This document shows positions 11,353-24,845 of a DNA stretch of 64,000 nucleotides, in pieces. Below the pieces are notes generated by a model. It was given only the letters and a program-made list of their open reading frames with translations, was not told the DNA's origin and searched no databases. The position numbers and the translations under genes were made by a program. Numbering within the stretch: position 1 is the stretch's first letter; each line of letters opens with the position of its first letter. Source of the stretch: Octopus vulgaris (lineage: Eukaryota); the NCBI GenBank assembly GCA_951406725.2, contig OX597816.1, forward strand, positions 8,060,001 through 8,124,000. Reading direction: 5' to 3'.

Positions 11353-12870
11353 GTCCGTCCGTCCGTCCGTCCATCCATCCGTCCGTCCATCCGTCCATCC
11401 GTCCGTCCGTCCATCCATCCATCCGTCCGTCCGTCCGTCCGTCCATCCGTCCGTCCGTCCGTCCGTCCGTCCGTCCGTCCGTCCGTCCATCCGTCCATCC
11501 GTCCATCCGTCCATCCATCCGTCCGTCCGTCCGTCCATCCGTCCGTCCGTCCGTCCGTCCGTCCGTCCGTCCGTCCGTCCGTCCGTCCGTCCGTCCGTCC
11601 GTCCGTCCGTCCGTCCGTCCGTCCGTCCGTCCGTCCGTCCGTCGTCCGTCCATCCGTCCGTCCGTCCATCCGTCCGTCCGTCCGTCCGTCCGTCCGTCCG
11701 TCCGTCCGTCCGTCCGTCCGTCCGTCCGTCCGTCCGTCCGTCCGTCCGTCCGTCCGTCCGTCCGTCCGTCCGTCCGTCCGTCCGTCCGTCCATCCGTCCG
11801 TCCGTCCGTCCGTCCGTCCGTCCGTCCGTCCGTCCGTCCGTCCGTCCGTCCGTCCATCCGTCCGTCCGTCCGTCCGTCCGTCCGTCCGTCCGTCCATCCG
11901 TCCATCCGTCCGTCCATCCGTCCGTCCGTCCGTCCATCCATCCATCCGTCCGTCCGTCCGTCCGTCCATCCGTCCATCCGTCCGTCCGTCCGTCCGTCCG
12001 TCCGTCCATCCGTCCATCCGTCCGTCCGTCCGTCCGTCCGTCCATTCCGTCAGTCCGTCCATCCGTCCGTCCGTCCGTCCATCCGTCCATCCGTCCGTCC
12101 GTCCGTCCGTCCATCCATCCGTCCATCCATCCGTCCATCCATCCATCCGTCCGTCCGTCCGTCCGTCCGTCCATCCATCCATCCGTCCGTCCATCCATCC
12201 ATCCATCCGTCCGTCCGTCCGTCCGTCCGTCCGTCCGTCCGTCCGTCCGTCCGTCCATCCGTCCGTCCGTCCGTCCATCCATCCATCCGTCCGTCCGTCC
12301 ATCCATCCGTCCGTCCGTCCGTCCGTCCATCCGTCCGTCCATCCGTCCGTCCGTCCATCCGTCCGTCCGTCCATCCATCCATCCATCCATCCATCCATCC
12401 ATCCATCCATCCATCCATCCATCCATCCATCCATCCATCCATCCATCCATCCATCCATCCATCCATCCATCCATCCATCCATCCATCCATCCATCCATCC
12501 ATCCATCCATCCATCCATCCATCCATCCATCCATCCATCCATCCATCCATCCATCCATCCATCCATCCATCCATCCATCCATCCATCCATCCATCCATCC
12601 ATCCATCCATCCATCCATCCATCCATCCATCCATCCATCCATCCATCCATCCATCCATCCATCCATCCATCCATCCATCCATCCATCCATCCATCCATCC
12701 ATCCATCCATCCATCCATCCATCCATCCATCCATCCATCCATCCATCCATCCATCCATCCATCCATCCATCCATCCATCCATCCATCCATCCATCCATCC
12801 ATCCATCCATCCATCCATCCATCCATCCATCCATCCATCCATCCATCCATCCATCCATCCATCCATCCAT

Positions 12871-12904
<34 letters not shown>

Positions 12905-13617
12905 GTCCGTCCGTCCATCCGTCCGTCCGTCCGTCCATCCATCCATCCATCCGTCCGTCCGTCCATCCATCCATCCATCCATCCATCCATCCATCCATCC
13001 ATCCATCCATCCATCCATCCATCCATCCATCCATCCATCCATCCATCCATCCATCCATCCATCCATCCATCCATCCATCCATCCATCCATCCATCCATCC
13101 ATCCATCCATCCATCCATCCATCCATCCATCCATCCATCCATCCATCCATCCATCCATCCATCCATCCATCCATCCATCCATCCATCCATCCATCCATCC
13201 ATCCATCCATCCATCCATCCATCCATCCATCCATCCATCCATCCATCCATCCATCCATCCATCCATCCATCCATCCATCCATCCATCCATCCATCCATCC
13301 ATCCATCCATCCATCCATCCATCCATCCATCCATCCATCCATCCATCCATCCATCCATCCATCCATCCATCCATCCATCCATCCATCCATCCATCCATCC
13401 ATCCATCCATCCATCCATCCATCCATCCATCCGTCCGTCCGTCCGTCCGTCCGTCCGTCCGTCCGTCCATCCGTCCGTCCGTCCATCCATCCATCCATCC
13501 ATCCATCCATCCATCCATCCGTCCGTCCATCCGTCCGTCCATCCGTCCGTCCATCCATCCGTCCGTCCATCCGTCCATCCATCCGTCCATCCGTCCATCC
13601 ATCCATCCATCCGTCCG

Positions 13618-13650
<33 letters not shown>

Positions 13651-14938
13651 CCGTCCGTCCATCCGTCCATCCGTCCATCCGTCCGTCCGTCCGTCCGTCC
13701 ATCCGTCCGTCCGTCCGTCCATCCGTCCATCCGTCCGTCCATCCGTCCGTCCGTCCATCCGTCCATCCGTCCATCCGTCCGTCCATCCGTCCGTCCGTCC
13801 GTCCGTCCGTCCGTCCGTCCGTCCGTCCGTCCGTCCGTCCGTCCGTCCGTCCGTCCATCCGTCCGTCCGTCCATCCATCCATCCATCCGTCCGTCCATCC
13901 GTCCGTCCATCCGTCCGTCCATCCATCCGTCCGTCCGTCCGTCCATCCGTCCGTCCGTCCATCCGTCCGTCCGTCCATCCGTCCATCCGTCCGTCCATCC
14001 GTCCGTCCGTCCGTCCGTCCGTCCGTCCGTCCGTCCATCCGTCCATCCATCCGTCCGTCCGTCCCTCCGTCCGTCCGTCCGTCCGTCCGTCCGTCCATCC
14101 ATCCGTCCATCCGTCCGTCCATCCATCCGTCCATCCATCCATACGTCCGTCCGTCCATCCGTCCGTCCGTCCGTCCATCCGTCCGTCCGTCCGTCCGTCC
14201 GTCCATCCATCCGTCCATCCATCCATCCATCCATCCGTCCGTCCATCCGTCCGTCCGTCCATCCCGTCCGACCGTCCATCCATCCATCTGTCCGTCCGTC
14301 CGTTCGTCCATCCATCCATCCGTCCGTCCGTCCGTTCGTCCATCCGTCCGTCCGTCCATCCGTCCGTCCGTCCATCCGTCCGTCCGTCCATCCGTCCGTC
14401 CGTCCGTCCGTCCATCCATCCGTCCGTCCATCCGTCCGTCCGTCCGTCCATCCGTCCGTCCATCCGTCCATCCGTCCGTCCATCCATCCATCCATCCATC
14501 CATCCGTCCGTCCGTCCGTCCGTCCATCCATCCATCCGTCCGTCCATCCGTCCATCCATCCATCCATCCGTCCGTCCGTCCATCCGTCCGTCCATCCGTC
14601 CATCCATCCATCCATCCGTCCGTCCATCCGTCCGTCCATCCGTCCATCCGTCCGTCCGTCCATCCATCCAACCACCCATCCATCCAACCATCCATCCACC
14701 CATCCATCCATCCGTCCGTCCATCCGTCCGTCCATCCATCCATCCATCCGTCCGTCCATCCGTCCATCCGTCCATCCGTCCATCCGTCCGTCCATCCGTC
14801 CATCCGTCCATCCGTCCATCCATCCATCCGTCCATCCATCCATCCGTCCATCCATCCATCCGTCCATCCGTCCGTCCGTCCATCCGTCCATCCATCCGTC
14901 CGTCCGTCCATCCGTCCGTCCGTCCATCCATCCATCCG

Positions 14939-14971
<33 letters not shown>

Positions 14972-15264
14972 CCATCCGTCCATCCGTCCGTCCGTCCATC
15001 CATCCGTCCATCCGTCCGTCCGTCCATCCGTCCATCCGTCCATCCATCCATCCGTCCATCCATCCGTCCGTCCATCCGTCCATCCATCCGTCCATCCGTC
15101 CGTCCGTCCGTCCATCCGTCCATCCGTCCATCCATCCGTCCGTCCATCCGTCCATCCGTCCATCCGTCCATTCCGTCCATCCGTCCATCCGTCCATCCGT
15201 CCATCCGTCCGTCCATCCATCCGTCCGTCCGTCCGTCCGTCCATCCGTCCATCCATCCATCCAT

Positions 15265-15300
<36 letters not shown>

Positions 15301-15352
15301 CCATCCATCCATCCATCCATCCATCCATCCATCCATCCATCCATCCATCCAT

Positions 15353-15388
<36 letters not shown>

Positions 15389-15761
15389 CCGTCCATCCAT
15401 CCATCCATCCGTCCGTCCGTCCGTCCGTCCATCCGTCCGTCCATCCGTCCGTCCATCCGTCCGTCCGTCCCGTCCGTCCGTCCGTCCGTCCGTCCGTCCG
15501 TCCGTCCGTCCGTCCGTCCGTCCGTCCGTCCGTCCGTCCGTCCGTCCGTCCATCCGTCCATCCATCCATCCGTCCATCCATCCATCCGTCCATCCATCCG
15601 TCCATCCGTCCGTCCATCCGTCCGTCCGTCCGTCCGTCCGTCCGTCCATCCATCCGTCCGTCCGTCCATCCATCCGTCCGTCCGTCCGTCCATCCGTCCG
15701 TCCGTCCATCCGTCCATCCATCCGTCCGTCCATCCGTCCGTCCATCCATCCGTCCATCCAT

Positions 15762-15795
<34 letters not shown>

Positions 15796-16286
15796 GTCCG
15801 TCCGTCCATCCATCCATCCTTCCGTCCGTCCGTCCGTCCGTCCGTCCATCCATCCGTCCGTCCGTCCATCCGTCCATCCATCCATCCGTCCGTCCGTCCG
15901 TCCGTCCGTCCATCCATCCATCCGTCCATCCATCCGTCCGTCCATCCGTCCATCCGTCCGTCCGTCCGTCCGTCCATCCATCCGTCCATCCGTCCGTCCA
16001 TCCATCCGTCCGTCCGTCCATCCATCCGTCCGTCCGTCCGTCCATCCATCCATCCGTCCGTCCGTCCATCCGTCCATCCATCCGTCCGTCCGTCCGTCCG
16101 TCCATCCATCCGTCCGTCAGTCCGTCCATCCGTCCATCCGTCCATCCGTCCATCCGTCCATCCATCCATCCGTCCATCCGTCCATCCATCCATCCATCCG
16201 TCCATCCGTCCATCCATCCATCCGTCCGTCCGTCCATCCATCCATCCGTCCCATCCATCCATCCGTCCTTCCATTCCTTCCATCCG

Positions 16287-16317
<31 letters not shown>

Positions 16318-17986
16318 GTCCATCCATCCATCCATCCATCCATCCATCCGTCCGTCCATCCGTCCGTCCGTCCATCCGTCCGTCCGTCCATCCGTCCGTC
16401 CATCCATCCATCCGTCCATCCATCCGTCCGTCCATCCGTCCGTCCATCCATCCGTCCGTCCATCCATCCGTCCGTCCATCCATCCGTCCGTCCGTCCATC
16501 CATCCGTCCATCCATCCGTCCATCCGTCCGTCCGTCCATCCATCCATCCATCCATCCGTCCGTCCATCCGTCCGTCCATCCGTCCATCCGTCCGTCCGTC
16601 CGTCCATCCGTCCATCCATCCATCCGTCCGTCCGTCCGTCCGTCCATCCATCCGTCCATCCATCCGTCCGTCCGTCCGTCCGTCCATCCATCCATCCATC
16701 CATCCGTCCGTCCATCCGTCCATCCGTCCGTCCGTCCGTCCATCCGTCCGTCCGTCCGTCCGTCCGTCCATCCATCCATCCGTCCGTCCGTCCGTCCATC
16801 CGTCCATCCATCCATCCATCCATCCATCCATCCATCCATCCATCCATCCATCCATCCATCCATCCATCCATCCATCCATCCATCCATCCATCCATCCATC
16901 CATCCATCCATCCATCCATCCATCCATCCATCCATCCATCCATCCATCCATCCATCCATCCATCCATCCATCCATCCATCCATCCATCCATCCATCCATC
17001 CATCCATCCATCCATCCATCCATCCATCCATCCATCCATCCATCCATCCATCCATCCATCCATCCATCCATCCATCCATCCATCCATCCATCCATCCATC
17101 CATCCATCCATCCATCCATCCATCCATCCATCCATCCATCCATCCATCCATCCATCCATCCATCCATCCATCCATCCATCCATCCATCCATCCATCCATC
17201 CATCCATCCATCCATCCATCCATCCATCCATCCATCCATCCATCCATCCATCCATCCATCCATCCATCCATCCATCCATCCATCCATCCATCCATCCATC
17301 CGTCCGTCCGTCCGTCCATCCGTCCGTCCGTCCGTCCGTCCGTCCGTCCGTCCGTCCATCCGTCCATCCGTCCGTCCGTCCGTCCGTCCGTCCAATCCGT
17401 CCGTCCGTCCGTCCGTCCGTCCGTCCGTCCATCCGTCCGTCCGTCCGTCCGTCCGTCCGTCCGTCCGTCCGTCCGTCCGTCCGTCCGTCCGTCCAATCCG
17501 TCCGTCCGTCCGTCCGTCCGTCCGTCCGTCCGTCCGTCCATCCGTCCGTCCGTCCGTCCATCCGTCCGTCCGTCCGTCCGTCCGTCCGTCCGTCCGTCCG
17601 TCCATCCGTCCGTCCGTCCGTCCGTCCGTCCGTCCATCCGTCCGTCCGTCCGTCCGTCCGTCCGTCCGTCCGTCCGTCCATCCGTCCGTCCGTCCGTCCG
17701 TCCGTCCGTCCATCCGTCCGTCCGTCCGTCCGTCCGTCCGTCCGTCCCGTCCGTCCATCCATCCATCCGTCCATCCGTCCATCCGTCCATCCGTCCGTCC
17801 GTCCATCCGTCCGTCCATCCATCCATCCATCCATCCATCCATCCATCCATCCATAAATCCATCCATCCATCCATCCATCCGTCATCCATCCATCCATCCA
17901 TCCATCCATCCATCCATCCATCCATCCATCCATCAATACAGGCCATCCATCCATCCATCCATCCATCCATCCATCCATCCATCCAT
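9245..17986. repeat. ~8.7 kb tetranucleotide array of CCAT and CCGT units
   Basis: Pure CCAT blocks (about 9245-9760, 12372-12896, 12963-13431, 16805-17301) alternate with mixed or CCGT-rich blocks. Confidence 0.97.
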
Positions 17987-18089
17987 GAATGAATGAATGA
18001 ATGAATGAATGAATGAATGAATGAATGAATGAAGAATGAATGAATGAATGAATGAATGAATGAATGAATGAATGAATGAATGAATGAAT
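17987..18089. repeat. (GAAT)n microsatellite closing the large array
   Basis: Direct observation. Confidence 0.95.
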
Positions 18090-18244
18090 TGTTTCTCTCC
18101 TTGTTTTTTTCTGTGTCCCTTTCTGTTGAAGAGCATAGGCTCGAAACGTAAAAGACCTTTTCTATTCCTGAGCGTTATACTAATACATCTGTTTGTTTTG
18201 TACACCACCTGTCTTCGTCTTTTTTTTTTTTTTTTGTGAACTCT

Positions 18245-18248
<4 letters not shown>
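18090..18248 (+). mobile_element. Short retrozyme-like element with hammerhead-like motif
   Basis: CTTT CTGTTGA A GAGC-ATAG-GCTC GAAACGT A AAAG at 18119-18154; followed by (TA)n. Confidence 0.65.
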
Positions 18249-18300
<52 letters not shown>

Positions 18301-18304
<4 letters not shown>

Positions 18305-18888
18305 AACCTTTACATAAATAGATAACGTGAAATACACGAAGGGACGAACAAAAAAGCCAAACGGGTCATTCAAAGCCTTCATTCTTCAGTCAGAAACTGA
18401 TCCCTCATCGCAGATTTCGGCTGTTTAATTCTGAGATCCGCTCTGAATCAGCCAGCCACTGAAGGAAAGAATGAAACGCAACAGAGACGAACATGAAACG
18501 AAAAATCTTTTTTGGGGACAGTAACGGTTAAAAACATGGATGACACAGGCGCCCTACGGCTTTGAGACAAACAGAGAGAGACACAAAAACAATATCAACA
18601 GCGTGGAAAAATAAGTACCTTTTCGGTGATAAGACATGTTGAACAAGTGGCCGATGGAAACGAGGCAGCAACTTGCAAGAGGATAAGATTGAGAAGGGGG
18701 TAAGAGAGAGAGGGGACAGTGACCGAGAGAGAGAGGGGGAGAGAAGGAATCGAAGGAAAGAAAATAGTTTAAAGACATCGTGCGGGGGCCTTGAAATGAT
18801 AAACATAAAGAAGTTATTATGCACGTACGCTGCGAAATATATAATAAACCTTTACATAAATAAATAACGTGAAATACACGAAGGGACG

Positions 18889-18892
<4 letters not shown>
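18301..18892. mobile_element. Unclassified element with 50-bp terminal direct repeat between (TA)n tracts (Penelope pLTR-like)
   Basis: 18301-18350 is repeated at 18843-18892 with one mismatch. Confidence 0.5.
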
Positions 18893-18948
<56 letters not shown>

Positions 18949-18949
<1 letters not shown>

Positions 18950-19040
18950 TTATTTTATAGAAGGAGGTTCTACAGGACTAGAACTGTTTCATTCAAATGA
19001 AACAGTTCTTGTCCTGTAGAAGCTCCTTCTATAAAATAAA
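18949..19040. repeat. Near-perfect hairpin with ~45-bp arms
   Basis: Arms 18949-18993 and 18996-19040, about two mismatches. Confidence 0.85.
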
Positions 19041-19106
19041 TTAATTTACTCTGCTATGTATTGAGTACCTTATTTACTGTGGTTAACCCCGACTCAACCC
19101 TGGACC

Positions 19107-19195
<89 letters not shown>

Positions 19196-19475
19196 ACTCA
19201 CACACACACACACAAACACACACACATATTCTGTAAATAATAATTATAAGTTGAAGCCTATATGCGTTCACCCTAAATTGACTATAGAAAATAGTCTTTT
19301 ATTGGGGGCATATAAGCGTACAAATACCCATTTTTCTTTAACCAATCGTTCAACACGTATTTGGTTATAGAAAATACAAGACCATTCTCTAGAACCAATA
19401 CGTGTTGAACGATTATAATCTTAAGCTTATAAGTATTTTCAGAATTTACACTTGTCACCGTTTCTTAATATAACG

Positions 19476-19520
<45 letters not shown>

Positions 19521-19551
19521 CGTGTGCGTGCGTGGGTGGGGGTGGGGGTGG

Positions 19552-19588
<37 letters not shown>

Positions 19589-20149
19589 GGGGGGGCGTGC
19601 GTGCGTGCGCGTGTGTGTGAAGAAAGAACACAAAAGGGTTAAGGTCGACTACGTTTTCTTCAGATAAAGTAACAACTTAAAATTTGAAATTTGGTTCAGA
19701 AAAAATATCAGGATATGGAATGTGTTGACCCCTCATTTTGGCAACAAGAAAGTGAAGCTATACCGAAGCATAACCATATATCATAGGAGTAAGGGCCACA
19801 CTAAATTATGTGTATTAAATAGATGATGACGGAAGAGAGAGAGAGAGAAAGAAGAATAGGGGTGATTGTCAGTGTAAAATAGTTATGGCCGGTCATATTT
19901 GGAAAAAAAAATTCTTTAAAGTAAAGGAAAGCAAGGACGCTGGTCCATTACAAAATACGGGAAGAATGTGGAGGCAAAGGGTGAAATGAAAAGAAGCGGA
20001 ACGAAAAAACAAAATGTGGAGTGGTAAAAAAGGAAAATAAAAGGAAAAAGAGAGAAAAGAAAGAAAGCCAAGAAAGAAAAAGACAGAGTTGCGTCCCCTT
20101 TCTGTTCAATTAGAATTAAATTAGCAAGTTTGAAATAATTCAACGAGGC

Positions 20150-20350
20150 CAAAGTTAGCACGCCGGGCGATATGCTTAGTGGTATTTCGTCTGCCGTTAT
20201 GTTCTGAGTTCAAATTCCGCCGAGGTCGACTTTGCCTTTCATCCTTTCGTGGTCGATAAATTAAATACCAGTTACGCACTGGAGTCGATCTAATCGACTG
20301 GTCTTCTCCCCCAAAAGTTTGGGCCTTGTGTCTAGAGTAGAAAAGAATAT
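20150..20350 (+). mobile_element. Meta-type tRNA-derived SINE copy
   Basis: GAGTTCAAATTCCGCCGAGGTCGACTTTGCCTTTCATCCTTTCG core shared with many copies in the window. Confidence 0.8.
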
Positions 20351-21736
20351 TCTGTTTGTATAGATACACACACACACACACACATATATATATATTTACG
20401 CACACATATATTTACACACACAAACACACGCGCGCGCGTACATCTTCATTATTCTATTAATGTAATTAAAATGTATTTATTCTCACAACATGCATTCCAG
20501 TTTTAATTCCCAGGCTTCTATAAGTTTATATGGGAAAATTTATTACGTCCAGGCTTCCATAATCTCACACATTCAGAACCAGACGTAGTTATCTCCCTTC
20601 TGCTGTTCAACCAATTTTATTCGCCATCTTTTTTTTCAAGTCTTTTTTTTTACACATTTCTTTTAATAACAGCAATAGTTCTTACTTCACCCTCATTCAA
20701 CTTTCCTCATTCCTTGCATTTCTTTTACATATATATAAGAAATATATGTGAATTAAAAACATGTTGGTAAGTCACTAGATTTTGAGTAGGCCAGAATACA
20801 CTAGGCTTTGAAGGTATTGTATACAAGGTGGCGATAAAGAAAAACAGACTAAAATTTCATCAAAGTATTATTAAATTACAAAATGTTTCAGTTTGAAACC
20901 AGAGAGTGAATTGAGACTGACTGAAGTTTGTTTTGTCGCCGGAAGTTTACTTGAGTAAATAGAGTGTCTATGTCGCATAACCGATCGCAATATGGAAGTA
21001 CGATTCCAACTCTATTGTGGACGATACGTGTTTACATTTTCTTGGTTTATGCTCCAAATCTCAAAGTCAACGAAGATTCTATTACTATATACTACGAATC
21101 CGTTCGTATCACAGTTTAATCAGTGCCAAAGTATGAAAAGTCAATTAATCTTGTTGAATTTAATGCATAAGTTGGAAGGCAGTATTATATCTGAAATACA
21201 ATTTGACACTTCGATTATGTAAATGTGTATACCAATGTTTAATTTTTACTTCAACCTTGTTTAGAATTCAGTCTGTCTGTAACACCTATCAAACTTCTTA
21301 GTAAGCCGAAAACAAGATCTTCAAGGTGTGTGTAATATGCGTTACGTAGTACTGAATATAAAAATATACCTAATCACGAACAACTACGTGGGAAATTCAA
21401 GTTCCAAATTCGAAATATTTACATGAATCAGGTAAAAATAATTTGACGTAATTTATTGTAACTAAATTGGCACAACCAAACACTCGAGAAACTGTGTCCA
21501 ATAAATCTAACAGTTCCTGAGAAAACTTAGAGACTTATAAAGATTAGTTTGATAATAATGATAGTATTATCGGCCAACTGCTGGAAATGAAACGCTTTAC
21601 TAATTTCTAGCAGGCCCGGGCTTGAAAAACCACTCGGCTGTTGAAAAGTTTATTAAAGTACAACGAGAATTGAATGAGGTTTTTTTTAAAAAAAACAAAA
21701 AAAAACAAAAACAGTGATAGATAAATATTTCAGCAA

Positions 21737-22140
21737 CTCTTTACTCTTTTACTCTTTTACTTGTTTCAGTCATTTGACTGCGGCCATGCTGGAGCACCGC
21801 CTTTAGTCGAGCAAATCGACCCTGGGACTTATTCTTTGTAAGCCCAGTACTTATTCTATCGGTCTCTATTGCCGACCCGCTAAGTGACGGGGACGTAAAC
21901 ACACCAGCATCGGTTGTCAAGCAATGCTAGGGGAACAAACACACAAACACACACACATATATATATACATATATACGACAGGCTTCTTTCAGTTTCCGTC
22001 TACCAAATCCACTCACAAGGCATTAGTCGGCCCGGGGCTATAGCAGAAGACATTTGCCTAAGATGGCACGCAGTGGTACTGAACCCAGAACCATGTGGTT
22101 GGTTAGCAAGCTACTTACCACACAGCCACTCCTGCGCCTA
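21737..22140 (-). mobile_element. tRNA-derived SINE, family 2 (CR1-like 3' end)
   Basis: Head GGCGCAGGAGTGGCTGTGTGG..GGTTCAG, internal TA/TG tract, tail GGTGCTCCAGCATGGCCGCAG..(GTAAAAGA)n. Confidence 0.85.
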
Positions 22141-22611
22141 AATAATTTTTAAAATAATTTTTCATAAGAATGACTATAACTCTCTATGGCCTTCTATGTC
22201 AGGTCCTTGACAAGCATTTGCTTTTTGTAGCTTCTGTCGAATCCAAAGATGACACTGTTTATCGACCAATCAACTTTCGGAAATATAACACCATACAGTA
22301 GGACTTTCTACCAGTTTCTAGAGATTTCTCGCGCTTTTCGTGATGTTAAAGCGAAACCCCGCTGAGATCACACCAGACTGCAGGCTCGCATATTTTAAGA
22401 GCAATTAGTCATTAAAACGTCCTGCTTTCCTTTGATGTATTTCAGCCTGGAATAAAAGAGCCTTCTTCAATAATGTCGAGCAAGCTGTATTCCCGCCTCT
22501 CAAGCAACACTAATCCTTTCTGCTTATAATTTAAGTAGAGCTAAGTTCGAATCCAGCTTCCTACAATACACTACTGGCGACTATCAGAAAAAAAACAAAA
22601 CTTTTGTGTAT

Positions 22612-23000
22612 AACCACATGGTTCCGGGTTCAGTCCCACTGCGTGGCATCTTGGGCAAGTGTCTTCTGCTATAGCCCCGGGCCGACCAATGCCTTGTGAG
22701 TGGATTTGGTAGACGGAAACTGAAAGAAGCCCGTCGTATATATGTATATATATATAGATATGTATGTGTGTGTATGTGTTTGTGTGTCGGTGTTTGTCTC
22801 CCTAGCATTGCTTGACAACCGATGCTGGTGTGTTTACGTCCCCGTCACTTAGCGGTTTGGCAAAAGAGACCGATAGAATAAGTACTGGGCTTACAAAGAA
22901 TAAGTCCCGGGGTCGAGTTGCTCGATTAAAGGCGGTGCTCCAGCATGGCCGCAGTCAAATGACTGAAACAAGTAAAAGAGTAAAAGAGTAAAAGAGTAAA
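22612..23000 (+). mobile_element. SINE family 2 copy, inverted relative to 21737-22140
   Basis: High similarity to the reverse complement of the neighbouring copy. Confidence 0.85.
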
Positions 23001-23199
23001 TGTAAATATTGTGATTACCTAAATAACAAACATATTTATTTCAAGTGTCAACTCGTTTGGTTTGGAGGACGACGAGCAGCTAACTAGAACCAATTCAATA
23101 CTCCATACAACAAAGCCGACGATGTCTTGTCCCAACAAGATCCATTTCATCAAATGGATTATAAACCCACAGACTATGAAATATTAATAGTTCTGGCGA

Positions 23200-23610
23200 G
23201 AAAACAAATGAATAGCGTTACGGGGCTTGAGTTGTTTCAATAGAATAGACGCAAAGCGGAGGAGAAAATGTTTCGTCCGCTCTGTTTAATTTGATAAGGA
23301 ACAATTTTGAAGAAACTCTCATACTTCAAGACTGGATTAGTGAAATTCTTGTTCCAAGAGAGAAAGGCGAAAGATCTAAATCAGAATGTGAACAATTCTC
23401 CTGGTATCACCCCCTCGGAGACTGATTGCAAAGTATTGTCTAGATTGTTGTTGAATTAGTAAATGAAAGCCATATAACCATCAATACTAAAGGAATCATA
23501 AATTAGTTTTTGATCAAAAATATACAATAGACATGGTCTCTACCAGGCGACACCAAGAAAGTTCTTCTGAGCAGTAGGTATCTCTACATCACGATTCGCT
23601 TTTTTCCCTC
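23200..23610 (+). pseudogene. Highly degraded LINE RT fragment, possibly RTE-type
   Basis: Remnant resembling GISLLS..GKILARVLLN (seen as GITPSETDCKVLSRLLLN); many stops. Confidence 0.35.
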
Positions 23611-24048
23611 TGTTCTGTTGCATGGTATCCAGGGTAGAAAGTAATATCTAACATAACCAAGTGAGACAAAGGATTTTTTTCTCTCTCATTCCTCGTCTAC
23701 CTTATATTTACTATTTTAAAAACTTAATTTTATTTCTTCTTTCACGCTTTTGCTCCCGTCTATTCAAAGAACTTTTTCTAATATCTTATTCCTCAACGAG
23801 GTTTAACGGTCTCACTCATTCCACCACCACGATCCCACTGATGAACTACGGACAACAAATTAATCTATTTGGTCATTAATAGGGAAACTCGAGTATGGGA
23901 TTAACTAATAATAATTTTTTCATTCGAGTGCCATTATCGGTGTTCCTTTAGAATTATTGTTTTCGTGGTTTGAGTTTAACTGGCCTTTTTAGCAAGTAAG
24001 AAGTCCTATCAAGGGTCTTCTCTGTGTGTATAAATCTTTGTACACTCT

Positions 24049-24126
<78 letters not shown>

Positions 24127-24476
24127 AGGCAGTATTAATACCAAAAATGTAATCACTATATCCAAATTGGATATCGTGTAGGAAACATGGATGTCTTGTT
24201 GGAGCACCGAATACTGCATAATTAGCCTTGAGAGATCTTATATAGGCGCTTGGTGCATAAAAACACACACTTAGACCGAAACAGACGTAAATTGTCTATC
24301 ATGGGCGCCATATCATGTGATTTCGTTCTATTGGAAATTATCAGTAGGAGGGTCGGTCATTGCATGCCAGTTAAATCTCGCTGCAACGACATGTGGAATA
24401 TCAGCGTCTTTTCAGGCCAGTGATATCGCAAACAGCTTGTTGGTTATAATGTAACGGCAAGTTGAGGAGACTGCGT

Positions 24477-24845
24477 ACAGAGATACCTCGCAGTACGAGT
24501 TTAATTCGTTCCATGACCGAGCTTGTCTTACGATTTATTTGTTTTACGAAGCAATTTTCCCCAATGAAATTAACTAAAATATAATTAATCCGCTCCAGTC
24601 CCACAAAACCACTCAAAAATAATTTTTTATGGGTTTTAAAACAAGTAAAATGACAATCATAAAAAAAGAGAAAGCAAAAGAAATCTATAAACTGGTTTTA
24701 TTAACTGAATTACCTTAAAGATGGGACGATTTGTGTGCTCGTATTACAGATTTCCGCCCGTACTTCAAGGCAAAAATTTGCACGAGTCTCAGCTCGTACA
24801 GCGAATTACTCGGACAATGGGGCAATTGTACGGCGAGGTTCTACT
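24477..24845. mobile_element. Tigger/pogo-like MITE
   Basis: Imperfect TIRs TACAGAGATACCTCGCAGTACGA and TTGTACGGCGAGGTTCTACTATA. Confidence 0.5.

Noticed and set aside
9245-17986. Telomeric or CRISPR-like array
   Set aside because: Not TTAGGG, internal to the sequence, and has no unique spacers
9091-17992. Six-frame ORFs of up to 2921 aa ([16 protein letters not shown])
   Set aside because: CCAT/CCGT repeats lack stop codons on either strand, so long ORFs are expected; no coding evidence
22150-22580. Possible ancient LINE endonuclease remnant
   Set aside because: Too degraded to support by eye
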